Source of the DNA: the human T2T-CHM13v2.0 reference genome, Homo sapiens | Direction: 5' to 3' (one strand) | DNA: 64,000 nucleotides | Assembly (NCBI RefSeq): GCF_009914755.1 | Contig: NC_060944.1 | Shown: piece after piece, positions 1 through 11,250 of the stretch | Layout of the letters: every line of letters begins with the position of its first letter | Position numbering within the stretch: position 1 is the first letter of the stretch | Notes under the pieces: generated by a model | What the model was told of the DNA's origin: nothing | Database searches by the model: none | What the model saw: only the letters and a program-made list of their open reading frames with translations | Program-made: the position numbers and the translations under genes

Positions 1-669
1 AATCTTGAAGCTAGTCATCTGAGTTCTTCTGGGCCTCTCTATCTGATGCCATAATGAGAGGCATAGGGAAAAGGTGTTGGAAGGCAGGGCAGTGGGAGGG
101 GCAGGGGCTGCCTAATGACAATGTCCAAATGCTAAAAGAAAGTACGTACTCAGCTAGACATCACACTGGAGGTTACTTTTCTCATTGAAAGACCATCAGC
201 ATTAACTATGCCGCAAGGCATGCAGACAATGAGAAAAAACTCAGAGCCTGCTGGCCAGGGAAAGCAATGCTTTCAGAAAACAGAAAGCCAGATGATGGAT
301 ACCAAAGTGCCCTGGAAGTGGAGATACCAGTGTCAGGGGTGGGGGTGGTGGAGAAATCCTCTCTGAGCTTATGGGAGGAAAGGAAAATCTCCCTAGAAAT
401 CACTAGTTGAGGACTCTGTCATTCGAGTAACTAACAGACAGAAAACTCACAGATAGTAACAAAAAGTGTTCAGAACTAGGGAAGTTAGTATTCAATTCAC
501 ATCATTCTGGGCCACAAAAGTTTATGCCCATAGAGTAGAATAAGACTGGGTTTGAATGGAGGCAGTTCCACGGCTGCACTCGGATGGTGTTGGTTCCTTA
601 CTTGTTCCCCAGGAGTCCAGACATGATGAGAAGGACCCACAGTATTGTACTTGGTATTTTGTTGTTGTT

Positions 670-1085
670 TCAGGGAAGACAAGTGAGGCCATGCTGTGAA
701 GACCACCTCAAGATTTCAGGGCTTCAAACAACAAAGGCTGTTTCTTGCTCACAATGTATGTCCACCACAGGTCAGCATGAGGTGGGGGGTTTCTGCCCAT
801 CATAAGGTACTCAAGGACCTAAGCTGATAGAGGTTTCATCTCTTAGAAGGACAGAGGCTTCATCTCAACAGATGTTTCTGCGGAGATAGGGAAGAGGCAC
901 AGTTAGTCATGTGCTAGTCCTTAAAGCTGCCAACCAGGAGAGACATGTGATGTTCTGCTCACATTTCAATCAGTAAAGGAAGCACGTGGTCTTCTCTAAT
1001 GCAAAAAGGGCGTTCAAATTCTACCTCCCTATGTGCCCAGAAGGAAATCCAGAGTATTTGTGACTAGCTCCAATGACTATCAGTA
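670..1085 (-). mobile_element. MaLR solo LTR, MLT1K/L-like
   Basis: MLT1-type motifs ggcttcaaacaacaaaggctgtttcttgctcac, tctgctcacatttca and the terminal agtatttgtgactagctccaatgactatca; old and diverged. Confidence 0.6.
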
Positions 1086-2334
1086 TCCACTCTCCTGCTC
1101 ACTAAATATTTGATTCCATTTCTTTCTATATTTGTTTTCCAAACGAAACAACTTAGACATTCCATGGATATATTGAAGGTGACACAAGAGAACCAAGAAT
1201 TCCAAAGGGGAGCAGTGGCCAGGGCAGACCTATTTTTTCTATGTCCTGGTTTTCACTTTGCTGCCATTCACAGGGACGATCAGGAACTCGGGTACCATTC
1301 ACAGCCAGAGGAGCCACAGCCCGCAGCTGTCAATCACTTGTGGTTAAGGCCCTGCAGGGGTTTGGTCTCTAGAAATTCCCTGTAGTCGAGTTTTCAGTTT
1401 GAAAAATTGTGCAGAACATCTTCCAACTCTTCTTAAAGCCGCTAAACAAAATTAGCCCGGTCTCACGGTGCAAAGAGAGATGGGAAGCCCTGGAAGAAGA
1501 GCAATCCCGCCCATCTGTAAACCTCTGGAGTATATGGGTTTAAAGGGTTGAGCCCAGGGATCTGGGACCCACCCAGGCAACAGAGCCAGGTTGGCTCTGG
1601 GTGTGAACTGAGCTTCGCAGAGGGGGCTGGCTGCTCCTGCTTCTCGGTTCCCTCCACCTCTCTCTCTGCCCCTTGGGGGTCAGGATGGGTGGAGAAGGCC
1701 ATGCCAAAGATTGAGAGCTCTGCCTTTCCCATCTCAAGTGGTCCTGGGCTCACTGCTCACATGCCAACGGACACCCGCCTCAGGCGAGAAGCTCTGATGA
1801 CTCTGATATTGTTTTCCAGCTTTTCCAACTCACCTTTCTGCTGAAGGACACAAGGCTGCTCCTCCAAAGCCCTCTGGCAGAACAGTCTTCTGGGTTAGGT
1901 CTCAGGTTTGCTGGATGGCTTTGGTTGGTATAACCAGATTCATGAATGGACAGGCCCAGATGCCTGCCCTGTGTGACCAGGTTATGATCCACAAGCAGAA
2001 AAAACAAAGATCCTTTTAGCCTCCTGAAATCCCTTGAATGTGAAAACACAGTCATCACTCTGGGCAATCAGAGAGGCCAGAGCCCTGTTTTTTGTGTGGC
2101 TGCTACATGGGATTTCAGAGGGGTGCGAAGCCTTTATTTCCAGGCTCAATTTGATCTGCTGCTTGAAGAGCTCAACAAAATGAGTCCAAGTGTTAGAAAA
2201 ATTCAAACCCAGTTGAAGGATGAGGGTGGTTTCTCATAAAGCAGTGAGTTGTCCTGGCTCCTTAAATTGGCTGAGAACAAGGAAGGGCTGTTCAGCCAAA
2301 TTTTTCTTTCGCAGTTCATAAAAACTTGACCATG

Positions 2335-2520
2335 CATAATAAAAGCTTACATTTACATAGCACGCTTGAGTTTCCACAGTGCTCATGGGTTTATTCTTTA
2401 AATGTTGTGGTTCCTAAAGACAGTTTTACAAATGAGGAAACTCAAGGTTAAGAAGGGTAAGTGATTTTCCCAAAGTTACAAAGCCAATGAGGGTCAGGCT
2501 GGGGTCCAGAGCCTCTGAGA
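2335..2520 (-). mobile_element. MIR SINE fragment
   Basis: Reverse-complement MIR core ttttacaaatgaggaaactcaaggttaagaagggtaagtgattttcccaaagttaca. Confidence 0.75.
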
Positions 2521-2589
2521 ATCCTCTCGTCACACCACCATGGGGCTGGGTCATTTCCCTGGGGAAGGATTTAAAATATATATATATAT

Positions 2590-2948
2590 ACACATATTTT
2601 AACTTTAAGTTCTGAGATACATGTGCAGAATGTACAGGTTTGTTACATAGGTATACATGTGCCATGGTAGTTTGCTGAACCTATCAACCTGTCTTCTAGG
2701 CTTTAAGCCCTGCATGCATTAGGTATTTGTCCTAATGCTCTCCCTCCCCTTGCCCCCCACCCCCCAACAGGCCCCCGTGTATGATGTTCCCCTCCCTGTG
2801 TTCATGTGTTGTAATTGCTCAACTCCCACTTATGAGTAAGAATATGTGGTGTTTGGTTTTTTGTTCCTGTGTTAATTTGATAAGAATGATGGCTTCCAGC
2901 TTCATCTATGTCCCTGCAAAGGACATGAGCTCATTTTTTTTTTTTTTT
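2590..2948 (-). mobile_element. L1PA8-like LINE-1 3' end
   Basis: aactttaagttctgagatacatgtgcagaa and tttaagccctgcatgcattaggtatttgtcctaatgctctccctccc match the L1PA7-10 3' UTR. Confidence 0.9.
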
Positions 2949-3034
2949 TAATTCGAAGATGCTTGAAGCTTGTTTTCATCCATACCTGCTTGGCATTTTG
3001 AGTTTACAGAGCTTTTCTGCAGACACTTGAGGGT

Positions 3035-3165
3035 TTCTGTTTTTGTTTTTAGATTCAGGGGGTGCATGTGCAGGTGTGTTACATGGGTGTATTGTATAAT
3101 GCTGGAATTTGGGCTTCCATTGAACCCATCACCCAAATAGTGAACATGGTGCCCAATAGGCAGTT
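3035..3165 (-). mobile_element. L1PA15/16-like LINE-1 3' end fragment
   Basis: agattcagggggtgcatgtgcaggtgtgttacatgggt and cccatcacccaaatagtgaacatggtgcccaatagg. Confidence 0.8.
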
Positions 3166-4374
3166 GTGGTAGGATATTAGGTGGAGACCCATGAGCGTCC
3201 AAATATGGGAAGAGCTGACCCCCATCCTCCATGCTATAAGGAAAGTGGTAAACTTTCCATGAAGGACAAGTTAGGAAGGTCCACACACTTTCTCTGCAAC
3301 TGACGGCTACTTCAACCTTTACATATAGGAAACATGGTGAGAGGGGATGGGACAAGGGGATTCAGCTCATCAGTGTCAGCTCCACTACATGGTTCCGTTG
3401 TAAGGATTAAATGAGGTGATGCTATGTAAAAGCTGAAGAAATACTGGTATCTTCCACATACCTCTTGGGGTCAAAGAGGAGAGATGGACACCAAGCGACC
3501 ACCAGGGCTGTTGGCTCCATTCATAGGACTGATTTTGCTTTAGCCACTCCTCTTAAATCCCTACCAATGGCTTTCCTATGTACCCCTGTCACTGCTAGGC
3601 CTGCAGCTCTGCAGTGAACTTCTGCTGCAAGAATGAGGTCTCGGATGGGTCTTTCCTGAGAAACCCTTTCCTGAGAAATATTTTCTCTGGGAATAGGACT
3701 CCCAGAGGGACTGGGTTGGCTGGAATCAAAGCAAGCGAAAGTAGTTCATTCTCCCCCTTGGTGCCACACCACACTCTCCTCCTTCTGCCCTGGCAAGCCG
3801 TTCTTTCCCATCTGGGAAGCCCTGGCTTGGTGGGAAGCAGGAGCATTAATAAGCCTCAGTCAATAACCAGTCCCATGGTTTCAGCTGGTTGTGCAGAGCT
3901 CCCAGGCCTGTCAGTGACAGAGCAGCTGAAAGAGAGGCCCACACAGGCCACAGTCAGCAGTGGGGATCCTGGGGCAGCCCACTGCCAAAGGCTGGTGGCC
4001 TCCTTCATGGTTTCCACCCATAGGGGTGAGCTGAAGGGAGGCTGTACTCTAGAACCTTCTAGAAAGCCAAGGTCACAGTTGCCCTGGCCAGCCAGCCTCA
4101 ACTTCAAAGAATTCACAAGCAGGGGGCATTCGCTCTGGGACGCAGCATCATCCAAAGAAAATGCAGCTTTCCTCTCATGCAGTGTCTGTGAAGATGTCGT
4201 GTTGTCAGAGCATTGTTCACCAGGTCCTCTGACCCTAACACACGCTGGAATGCCAGCCTCTCTCCCCTCCCCAGATGCTTAGCCAAAGAAGCCACTTTGC
4301 ATGGAGGCAGGAAAGAAAGAAGGCAAAGGACATAGCTGGTTTCACTCTGTGGTCTCAAGTTCAAAACAGTTACC

Positions 4375-4592
4375 CTAGCGCAGGGCCACCTGGTAAAAAT
4401 ATGACCCCAGCCACATGTACCATTTTAAAATATCTAATAGCCACATTTAACAAAGGGAAAATGGTAAAATTTACTTCATTGATAGATTTTACTTAACCTG
4501 TTGTATCAAAAGTATTATCATTTCAGCTCTTAATTATAAAACAAATGTTAGTGAAATATTTTGCATTCTTTTCTCATATTGTGTCTTGAAGC
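4375..4592. mobile_element. MER33-like hAT-Charlie MITE fragment
   Basis: agccacatgtaccattttaaaatatctaatagccacattt and gaaatattttgcattcttttctcata. Confidence 0.7.
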
Positions 4593-4732
4593 TGCCTTGG
4601 AGCACTGTTTCCTTTTACCTCAAAGGTGATCGCCAACCCCCTGTAATAATCAGGACTGAATATTAAAACATAATATAGGAAAATATATATTATGTTTGTA
4701 TAAGGTTTACTATGCCTCAAAGAACCTTCACA

Positions 4733-4735
<3 letters not shown>

Positions 4736-4767
<32 letters not shown>

Positions 4768-5030
4768 GGAGTTTTGGAGTGCAATGGTGCGATCTCGGCT
4801 CACCCTAACCTCTGCCTGCCAGGTTGGTTCAAGTGATTCTCCTGCCTCAGCCTCCTGAGTAGCTAGGATTATAAGCAGGCACCACCATGCCTGGCTAATT
4901 TTGTATTTTTAGTAGAGACGAGGTTTCTCCATTTTGTCTAGGCTGGTCTCAAACTCTCGACCTCAGGTGATCCGCCCGCCTCTGCCTCCCAAAGTGCTGG
5001 GATTACAGGCATGAGCCACTGTGCCTGGCC
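4736..5030 (-). mobile_element. AluSp-like SINE with TSD
   Basis: Long poly-T; Sp-type gtttctccat; TSD agaa(c/t)cttcacattct at 4721 and 5031; about 17 nt deleted after gagtttt. Confidence 0.95.
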
Positions 5031-5304
5031 AGAATCTTCACATTCTTTAACCCATTTGATTTCATCTGAGCCAGTTTGACTCTTTTACACATTTGACAGT
5101 GCAAACTGCAGCACAAGAGAACTCAAGTGTCACCAGGCAGTTGGTAGTGGAGTTTGGTCTCCTGATTCCTGGTGTAGCAGATTTCCCACCGGAACCACAG
5201 GGCAAGACACAGTGCCAGGCCCCGAGTTCACCTGGATGGGGAAAGGGAAAGTGAGAAGTCAGGGTGGTCAGGAAAGCTGCAAGAGATGGGGCTGACCTAT
5301 CTGC

Positions 5305-5370
5305 AAACATAAACAACCACAGGACTGTACACGTTGAGAGGGTGAATGGTATCTCAATAAAGTGGTTAAA
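5305..5370 (+). mobile_element. Old L1M extreme 3' end
   Basis: accacaggactgtacacgttgagagggtgaat followed by atctcaataaagtggttaaa with the L1 polyA signal. Confidence 0.6.
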
Positions 5371-5761
5371 GAGAGAGAGACAGAGACAAAGAAACAGAGA
5401 CAGAGAGTCCGAGAGAAAGAGAGAGAGACATAGAGACAGAGAGAGACACAGAGAGAGGGAGACATAGGGAGAAACAGAGAGAGAGATATAGAGACAGAGA
5501 GACACACAGAGACAGAAAGAGAGAGACACAGAGACAGAGAGAAACATAGAGACAGAGACAGAGAGACATAGAGACAGAGAGAGACAGAGAGAGAGACAGA
5601 GACAGAGAGAGACAGAGAGAGAGACATAGAGACAGAGACAGAGAGAGACATAAAGACAGAGAGAGACACAGAGACAGAGACAGAGAGAGACATAGAGACA
5701 GAGGCAGAGAGAGACACAGAGACAGAGAGAGAGAGAGACGTAGAGGCAGAGAGAGACAGAG
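5370..5761 (+). repeat. Complex (GA)n/(GAGACA)n microsatellite
   Basis: About 390 bp of GAGA/GACA units with CATA/CACA variants, directly visible. Confidence 0.97.
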
Positions 5762-7380
5762 CACTGGGGCAAGATGAGCTCCCACCGCCACCCCAGGAAG
5801 GGGCAGTCTGTGTCAGCTTCATTTCCTGGGAAGTAGAAATGTTAACCAAGGGAAATGGATGTTTTCTGCAGGCAAAGAGAAGGTCCCAAAATCCTCAAAT
5901 TAATCATGCCCAAAGTTTGCATTATATAAAAGCAACACCTAACATGTCAGTGGATGTACAAAGGCACCTGGAAGGCATAGACAGGCCCAGGCCTGTAGAG
6001 TGTGCCCCACAGGCTGAGAGAGGCCACATGGCCAGGGAAGGGTGGGGCAAGACAAGGCCTCATGAGGGCCTGGGCAGGTCTGCCTGGCTCACAGCTGTGT
6101 CCTGGGGTCACCCCCGGCTGGGCACTTATGACACACTCAGAATGTGGAGTGTGTATCAAGGGGACAGCATTCCATGTGGAAAGGGTTTGATCCCACAGGG
6201 GCAGGGAGCAGAAATATCTTCAAGTTGGACCACCATACTTTAATGTTAACAGACATCAGTGCCAGAGAGTCCTGTTCTAATTCTCTGACTTTCCCTGTCC
6301 TCCCTAATCAGGGGAAGTGGAGAGATGGCAGACTCCAGATTCTGGGAGCCCTGCATTCCTCTGTGCTCAGGACCCAGCACTCAGGCTGGCACCACTGTCT
6401 ATTTGTGTCTGTCTTTCTGTCTGTCTGTCTTTTGTTGTAGCGGTTCTTTCGTTTTAAGTGAACTGGTTTCCCCAATGTGAGCAAGAAGAAATCCTACATG
6501 AAAAACATAAACGTCTTAGCGTGGCCAGATGAGACCCCTACACATCCCAAGGAGAGGCCGGGTGTGTCAGCTCAACTCACCAGGAAGTGCCTGGAGTGAT
6601 CTCTGTGCCTTTATTCAAATGCCAGAGAGTTCACCGGCAAAGCATAACTTTGAGAGAATTTCTGAATCATTCCCAACAAGTGAGAAAGTGCAATTTAATA
6701 GAAAAAATTCCACAAATGGAGAGAATGCTGCTGAGCCTGTAACCTCAGACAGTGTCATGCCCAGGCCCCCATCTCTGGCCCCACGCCCGTGTGCCCACAG
6801 CCTGCCTGCCATGGGAACCCCCCAAATACCTTTTTATCCTGTTACACCCTGGGTTGGGGAAGGGAGTGGTGGTGGACTCTCCTGGATAGACTCAGTACCA
6901 AACCCTCTTGACCCAATTCAAAGGGTGGGACGGGATCGGAAGCAGGAAAAGAGCCATGGGTCAGGCAGCCCCTGGATAGATAGGTAGGGAGGGCCTGAGT
7001 GCCTACTGCCCCGTGCTGGGCGGTTCCAGGAAATTCCAGGCTGGCCAACCTAACTGGCTGCTATTTTAAGAGCTGTGCTGAGGCAAACCTAGAGAGAAAC
7101 TCAGCTCAGTAAAAGCAAGACAATTGTATCAGAGAAGGCAAATCAGGCCACTCGAACTGTCCCACACCTTCTGGGATGAAGCCAGGGGCACAGGACTAGG
7201 CTGTGACTGTGATGCCCCTTTGACAACTGACCAATAGTTCATGGTCCCCCTAGAGCCTGGGCCAAGCCCTCAGCTCCCTGAAGTACCCACTTAACAGAAG
7301 GAGGAGGCTGTATGTCCCTTGGGATGGACTGTAGACACCAGTGCCCCCTTTAGATGGTCAGCAGTGCCTCCCAACCCAAC

Positions 7381-7385
<5 letters not shown>

Positions 7386-7435
<50 letters not shown>
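7386..7435. repeat. (AT)25 microsatellite at an Alu tail
   Basis: Perfect alternating AT between the TSD and the poly-T. Confidence 0.97.
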
Positions 7436-7451
<16 letters not shown>

Positions 7452-7748
7452 AGATGGAATCTCACTCTGTTACCCGGGCTGGAGTGCAATGACGCCATCT
7501 CAGCTCACTGCAACCTCCGCCTCCCAGGTTCAAGCGATTCTCCTGCCTCAAGCGATTCTCCTGCCTCACCACCCCAAGTACCTGGGACTACAGGCACACA
7601 CTACCACTCCCAGCTAATTTTTGTATTTTTAGTTGAGACAGGGTTTCACCATGTTGGCCAGGATGGTCTCGATCTCCTGACCTCATGATCCGCCCACCTC
7701 AGCCTCTCAAAGTGTTGGGATTAAAGGCGTGAGCCACCGTGCCCAGCC
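7435..7748 (-). mobile_element. AluSc-like SINE with TSD and internal 18-bp duplication
   Basis: ggccaggatggtctcgatctcctgacctcatgatcc; TSD ccaacccatcat at 7376-7387 and 7749-7760. Confidence 0.95.
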
Positions 7749-9611
7749 CCAACCCATCATCTTAATACCATGACTCTGTAGAGCAGAAGTTCCCAAATGA
7801 GGTGGCCCCACTCGGGTTCACTTTCCTGACAAGTCCAGGATGATTGCTCTGATCTCAGGGCCATGGTCACCTGCTGTCCACTTGCAGACCTGGACGGTGT
7901 GAGGCCTGGGTCTTCATCTGGTGATCCGGTGTCACTCAGCATCACTCATGCCTCCTGGTGGCTCCTCCCTTAACCATCAGATGAGGTGTGGGGGTGAGCA
8001 ATGTCCTGTGACCTTGCAGTCTCTGGGTGCCCAGCTTGCCTGTGTGCCTGTGAAAGGCTGCAGGAAGCAGGGGCTGGAGGCTCAGAGGTACACGTTCTGG
8101 GCTCAGTTCCCCTTTGATTCAGAGGTTTCAGGCCCTCCGCAGGACCAGGGATACCCAGATCCCTTTAGTACATGAGAGCTCGGTGTGTTGTGGAAGCTGA
8201 AGGAAGCTGCCCTGGGCTCTGTTTAGGGGCTGGATCAGGCACTGTGTATGTTAGAACAAGAGGGCAACTTAACATGTGACTCAGGAAGCACAGCCGCTCC
8301 CTGTCCACCCCCACCATCACAGGGCTGGTTAGGAGGAGGTGCTGAGATGCTGTCTTGGAGTTGGTATAGGACATGGGTGAAGATCTGGCTACGGCCACTT
8401 CCAGCCACTGTCCCTGGCGAAGCCATGCAGCCTTCCTGGGCTTTTGGATTAGCATCTTTGAAATGGACGTGACTATATCAGGCGGGCGTGAGCGGGCTGC
8501 CTCCTGTTTGACTGGTGCTCTCCTGACGCACAAGAGGGAAGCTCTCAGTGGGGCTCCCAGTCGTTGGCACTCCATGGGGTGGGCTTTGCCAGAGCATGAG
8601 AGGAAGACGCCACAGTTCAAAGTGGATTCTCGGTCCCAGTCCCAGGCTCCCACGATGTGGTCAGAGATAGGGATGAGGTCAGCAGAGAGGTCATGATTTT
8701 CAGAATTGGTGAGGCAAGCACTGAGAAACTAAGTTCAACGAGAACAGTGATGGATTTTAAAAATAAAAGGAAAAAAAAAGAAAGAACAGCAAAAGAAAGG
8801 CCGGCTAATATCCTGAGAAGATTTGCCATGATTAAGGAAAGGATTTAGGCTGTAGAAAAGTTGTTGACAGATGTTCTGCCCTCAGGACTATATTTGGAAA
8901 AAGATACAAGTGAAATAAAAGAACTGTTGGGTTCAATAATGTTGTAAGTTGCAGATCATTTTAAAAAGGAAAATGGATTTCGCATGTGCCTGGGGTGGGA
9001 GGAGGGGCGGCAGAAATGCAAGTAGTTATTGTGTTTCAGTAACGTTCATGTACTTTTCCTCTGACTTTCTTGGGGCGCTGGCTGTCCAGGGCCTCTGCCT
9101 TGATGGTGGACTTAATGATGTCTCAAAAAGGAGGCCTGGCCCCAGGCTGCCTAAATATGACATGTTTGTTTGGTCTCAGACAACTCACTGTTCTCAAACT
9201 TCAGTTACACTGAACATGAGACCCTTTAAGGGACATGGATGTGGCATGATGTGGTGGGAACAAGACTGATTGGAAAAGTTGGGGAGAGTTTGTTTCAAGT
9301 CCTGGTGAGGTGGGATAAATGAAGCCCTCTGTCTTCAATCTGGGATAGAGCTGAGAAAATATAATATTTCTCTGGAACTGGGACACCCATGTTGGGTGGT
9401 TAAGAAATACATCCAGGTAATCTGGGGACCAAATTTCTAAGACAATAATGTCACGGTTCCTCTTCAAAAGAAGCAGAAAGAGCTGTTGCACCCAGAGAAA
9501 AAAATACTAGCATTGGAGGGGTGGCTTTCGTCTTGGGGAGCAATGGAAAACAGGCTGTGGCTCCAAAAGTCAGGAACTAAGTGAAGATTAGAGCACCCAG
9601 CTTCTTCTCTT

Positions 9612-10027
9612 CCTAAGGCCAGACACCACCCGTATCCCATGTGGACGGCAAAGCCTGAGCCAGGCATGTGCTATTGACCAGACGCCACCTGAAATCCAAG
9701 TAGATGGCAAAGCACCAGCAAGGGTGTGCTATTGGCCAGACACCACCCAAAACCCATATGAACAGCAAAGCCCCAGCCAAGCATGTGCTATTGACCAGAC
9801 ACCACCTGAAACCCATGTGAATGGCAACATCCAAGCAAGGCGTGTGCTAGTGACCAGATACCACCTGAAACCTATGGAGATGGCAAAGCCCCAGAGAGGG
9901 TGTGCTATTGACCAGGCACCTCCTGAAACCCATGTGGACAGCAAAACCCCAGAGACAGTGTGCTAACCAGATACCAACTGAAACCCGGGTGGGTGGCAAA
10001 GCCCTAGCTGGGCATGCGCTCTTGGCC
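9612..10027. repeat. Diverged minisatellite, 58-59 bp unit, about 7 copies
   Basis: The C of the tgtgcta anchor falls at 9671, 9729, 9788, 9847, 9905, 9963 and 10019; consensus about GTGTGCTATTGACCAGACACCACCTGAAACCCATGTGGATGGCAAAGCCCCAGCCAGGC. Confidence 0.92.
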
Positions 10028-10354
10028 CTGGCCAAATTTGAGGAGCCTGCTTTGGAAGCCACAGGAAAAGACTGAGGAAGGAGTGACCCGGAGCTTCCCA
10101 ATGGAAGCAGGTGGAATCCCAAATGAGCCAGCTTGAAATGGAAGGAGTAGGCACATTCAGGACAGGGAAAGAATGAAAGAGAATGACAGAAACTGAGGGG
10201 GAACGGGACAGGCAAAGAGGAAGAGAGCTCTGCCTTGTCCTGTCTCCTCTGCTTGTGACTTGGACAAGGCAGAGCGCTTTTCAGGAGGTTGCGTGGTCCC
10301 ACCCCAGGTCCTGTTCGATGATAGCTCCTAACTTGTCAGGATGATGTGACTGAC

Positions 10355-10590
10355 ATAGGACTATGTGCCAGGTACTGGTCTGTAGGAAGCTTTATTTTAT
10401 ACAACATCTTATTTAACTCCATTTAATTTTCACAACAGACTGCAAGAATGGCATTATCCCTATTTTTACAGATGAGGAGACTGGGGGTCAGAGCAGTTAA
10501 AACACTCATTTGAGGCCACACAGAGAGTTAGTGGAAGAACTGCATGTTGAGCTTTCATCTTTGTGATCCAAACCTCCTCATTCCACCACG
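10355..10590 (-). mobile_element. MIR SINE
   Basis: actatgtgccaggtact, catttaattttcacaac and tatccctatttttacagatgaggagactg. Confidence 0.85.
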
Positions 10591-10719
10591 CCAAGCCCTT
10601 TTCTCCAGGAGGGCAGGGATACCTCCTCTCCCTGCTCTTGGAGGGGTCTTTCCCAGTACCTTGAATGGCCAACTCAGATTGGCTTCCACAGTGCAAACAG
10701 GTTGGTGTAAGGCACTGGT

Positions 10720-11250
10720 CATGCCATGGATGAGATGGTGCATATCTATGACATTCCTCCATGGAGAAGGGGGATCTCTGTCCCCTCCCCTCAAATCTGG
10801 TGGGCCTCATTGAGTCACTTGTGGTGTAAATGATGGTTAGCAGCTTACAAGGACAGGGGATACACTCTGAAGCTTCAGCCTTGGTTTCTGAGACCACTGA
10901 CTATTTGGACATGCCTCTGGGACACTTCCGTGTGGAAGCCACCTCCACGCTGCAAGGAGCCCAGCCCTTTGGAGAGGCACCTGCGGGTGTGCAGCACTCT
11001 GGTCAGCGACCACAGATGAGCTCCAGCCAACAACCAGCATCACCTGCCAGCCAGGTGAACCACCTCGGACATCCAGCCTCGAGGAGCCTCCAGGGGACTG
11101 AAGCCTGAGTACTTGAGAGATTCTAAGCGAGAACTTCCCAGTCAAACCCTTCCCAAATCCCTGACCTGCAAATTACAAGCAAAAGAAAATAGCTGTTTTA
11201 AGTTGCTAAGTTTGAGGATATTCCTTGCATAGCAATAAGTAACCATAATG
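10720..11250 (+). mobile_element. MaLR solo LTR, MLT1G/H-like
   Basis: tcccctcccctcaaatctgg, cagccaacaaccagcatcacctgccagcc and tgttttaagttgctaagtttgagg...catagcaataagtaacc. Confidence 0.75.

Noticed and set aside
87-107. G-quadruplex motif gggcagtgggaggggcagggg
   Set aside because: A single common motif with no supporting context
3614-4282. 222-aa plus-strand ORF
   Set aside because: It starts at GTG, has no recognisable domain or clear exon boundaries, and is plausible by chance in 64 kb of moderately GC-rich DNA
5062-5849. Overlapping long Ser/Leu/Cys/Val ORFs
   Set aside because: These are translations of the GA/GACA microsatellite
7341-7688. ORFs with Alu-type peptides (also 26213 and 28906)
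   Set aside because: These are antisense Alu translations
9612-10027. CRISPR-like or coding interpretation of the 59-bp array
   Set aside because: There are no unique spacers, whole units are homologous, the context is eukaryotic with no cas genes, and the unit length breaks the reading frame
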